A stretch of DNA of 24,527 nt, from contig JAWLEP010000009.1 in NCBI GenBank assembly GCA_041686025.1, positions 44,309 through 68,835 of the forward strand, read 5' to 3'. The translations under genes were made by a program, and so were the position numbers. Under the pieces are notes generated by a model. The model made no database searches and had not been told where the DNA came from. It was given only the letters and a program-made list of their open reading frames with translations. Origin of the DNA: Candidatus Fermentibacteraceae bacterium (GTDB lineage: Bacteria > Fermentibacterota > Fermentibacteria > Fermentibacterales > JCC-6). Shown piece by piece: positions 24,392 to 24,527 of the stretch (within the stretch, counting starts at the first letter, position 1; each line of letters starts with the position of its first letter).

Positions 24392-24527
24392 TCAGGGGAT
24401 CACTGTCAGCCTTGCCGTGTGCTGCTCGGCACCGGCCGTCATCCGGCACAGGTAGACGCCTGGCGGCAGGGGCCCCGTCTCGAACAGATGCGCTCCCGCG
24501 TCCAGCTCAGCCTCCAGCGCTGGGCTG
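24392..24527 (-). CDS. 3' end of a gene encoding a T9SS-type C-terminal sorting domain (partial, continues beyond the window)
   Basis: Manual minus-strand translation gives ...SPALEAELDAGAHLFETGPLPPGVYLCRMTAGAEQHTARLTVIP-TGA (stop at 24392-24394). This matches the AGxH...LxxGxY..R....KxV tail of the two proteases. Not in the ORF track. Confidence 0.8.
   Translation of the reverse strand, partial: SPALEAELDAGAHLFETGPLPPGVYLCRMTAGAEQHTARLTVIP

Noticed and set aside
1..24527. CRISPR arrays, tRNA/rRNA genes, transposases, prophage or defence genes, stop-codon recoding
   Set aside because: No spaced repeat arrays, cloverleafs or integrase/transposase motifs were seen. The recognisable genes are uninterrupted under the standard code, with TGA, TAG and TAA all used as stops.

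Overview
This window is GC-rich, tightly packed chromosomal DNA from a diderm (LPS-making) bacterium. Three proteins ending in T9SS-type C-terminal sorting domains, a FadL/PorV-like barrel and a lipoprotein-type LptC point to the FCB superphylum, possibly Fermentibacterota (inference). The left half (minus strand) encodes two tandem secreted gluzincin metalloproteases. These are followed by an apparent operon of a lipoprotein, three large polytopic membrane proteins (two GT-C glycosyltransferase-like, one of them DUF2723/TMEM260-like), an acyl-CoA carboxyltransferase and a biotin carrier protein. The right half (plus strand) encodes a beta-CASP MBL ribonuclease, an outer-membrane barrel, kdsB-kdsA-kdsC-kdsD-lptC-lptA-lptB, rpoN, an archaeal-type gatD and an adenosine-specific kinase-family gene. 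The window ends in the 3' end of a third CTD-bearing gene on the minus strand. The most notable observations are: a full-length GatD, classically an archaeal signature, directly after bacterial lptB-rpoN; a candidate extracytoplasmic glycosylation cassette next to T9SS cargo; a switch-like rpoN leader; and altered RpoN-box and KdsA signature motifs. No rRNA, tRNA, CRISPR array or transposase was seen. All family assignments come from motif recognition by eye, not database searches.
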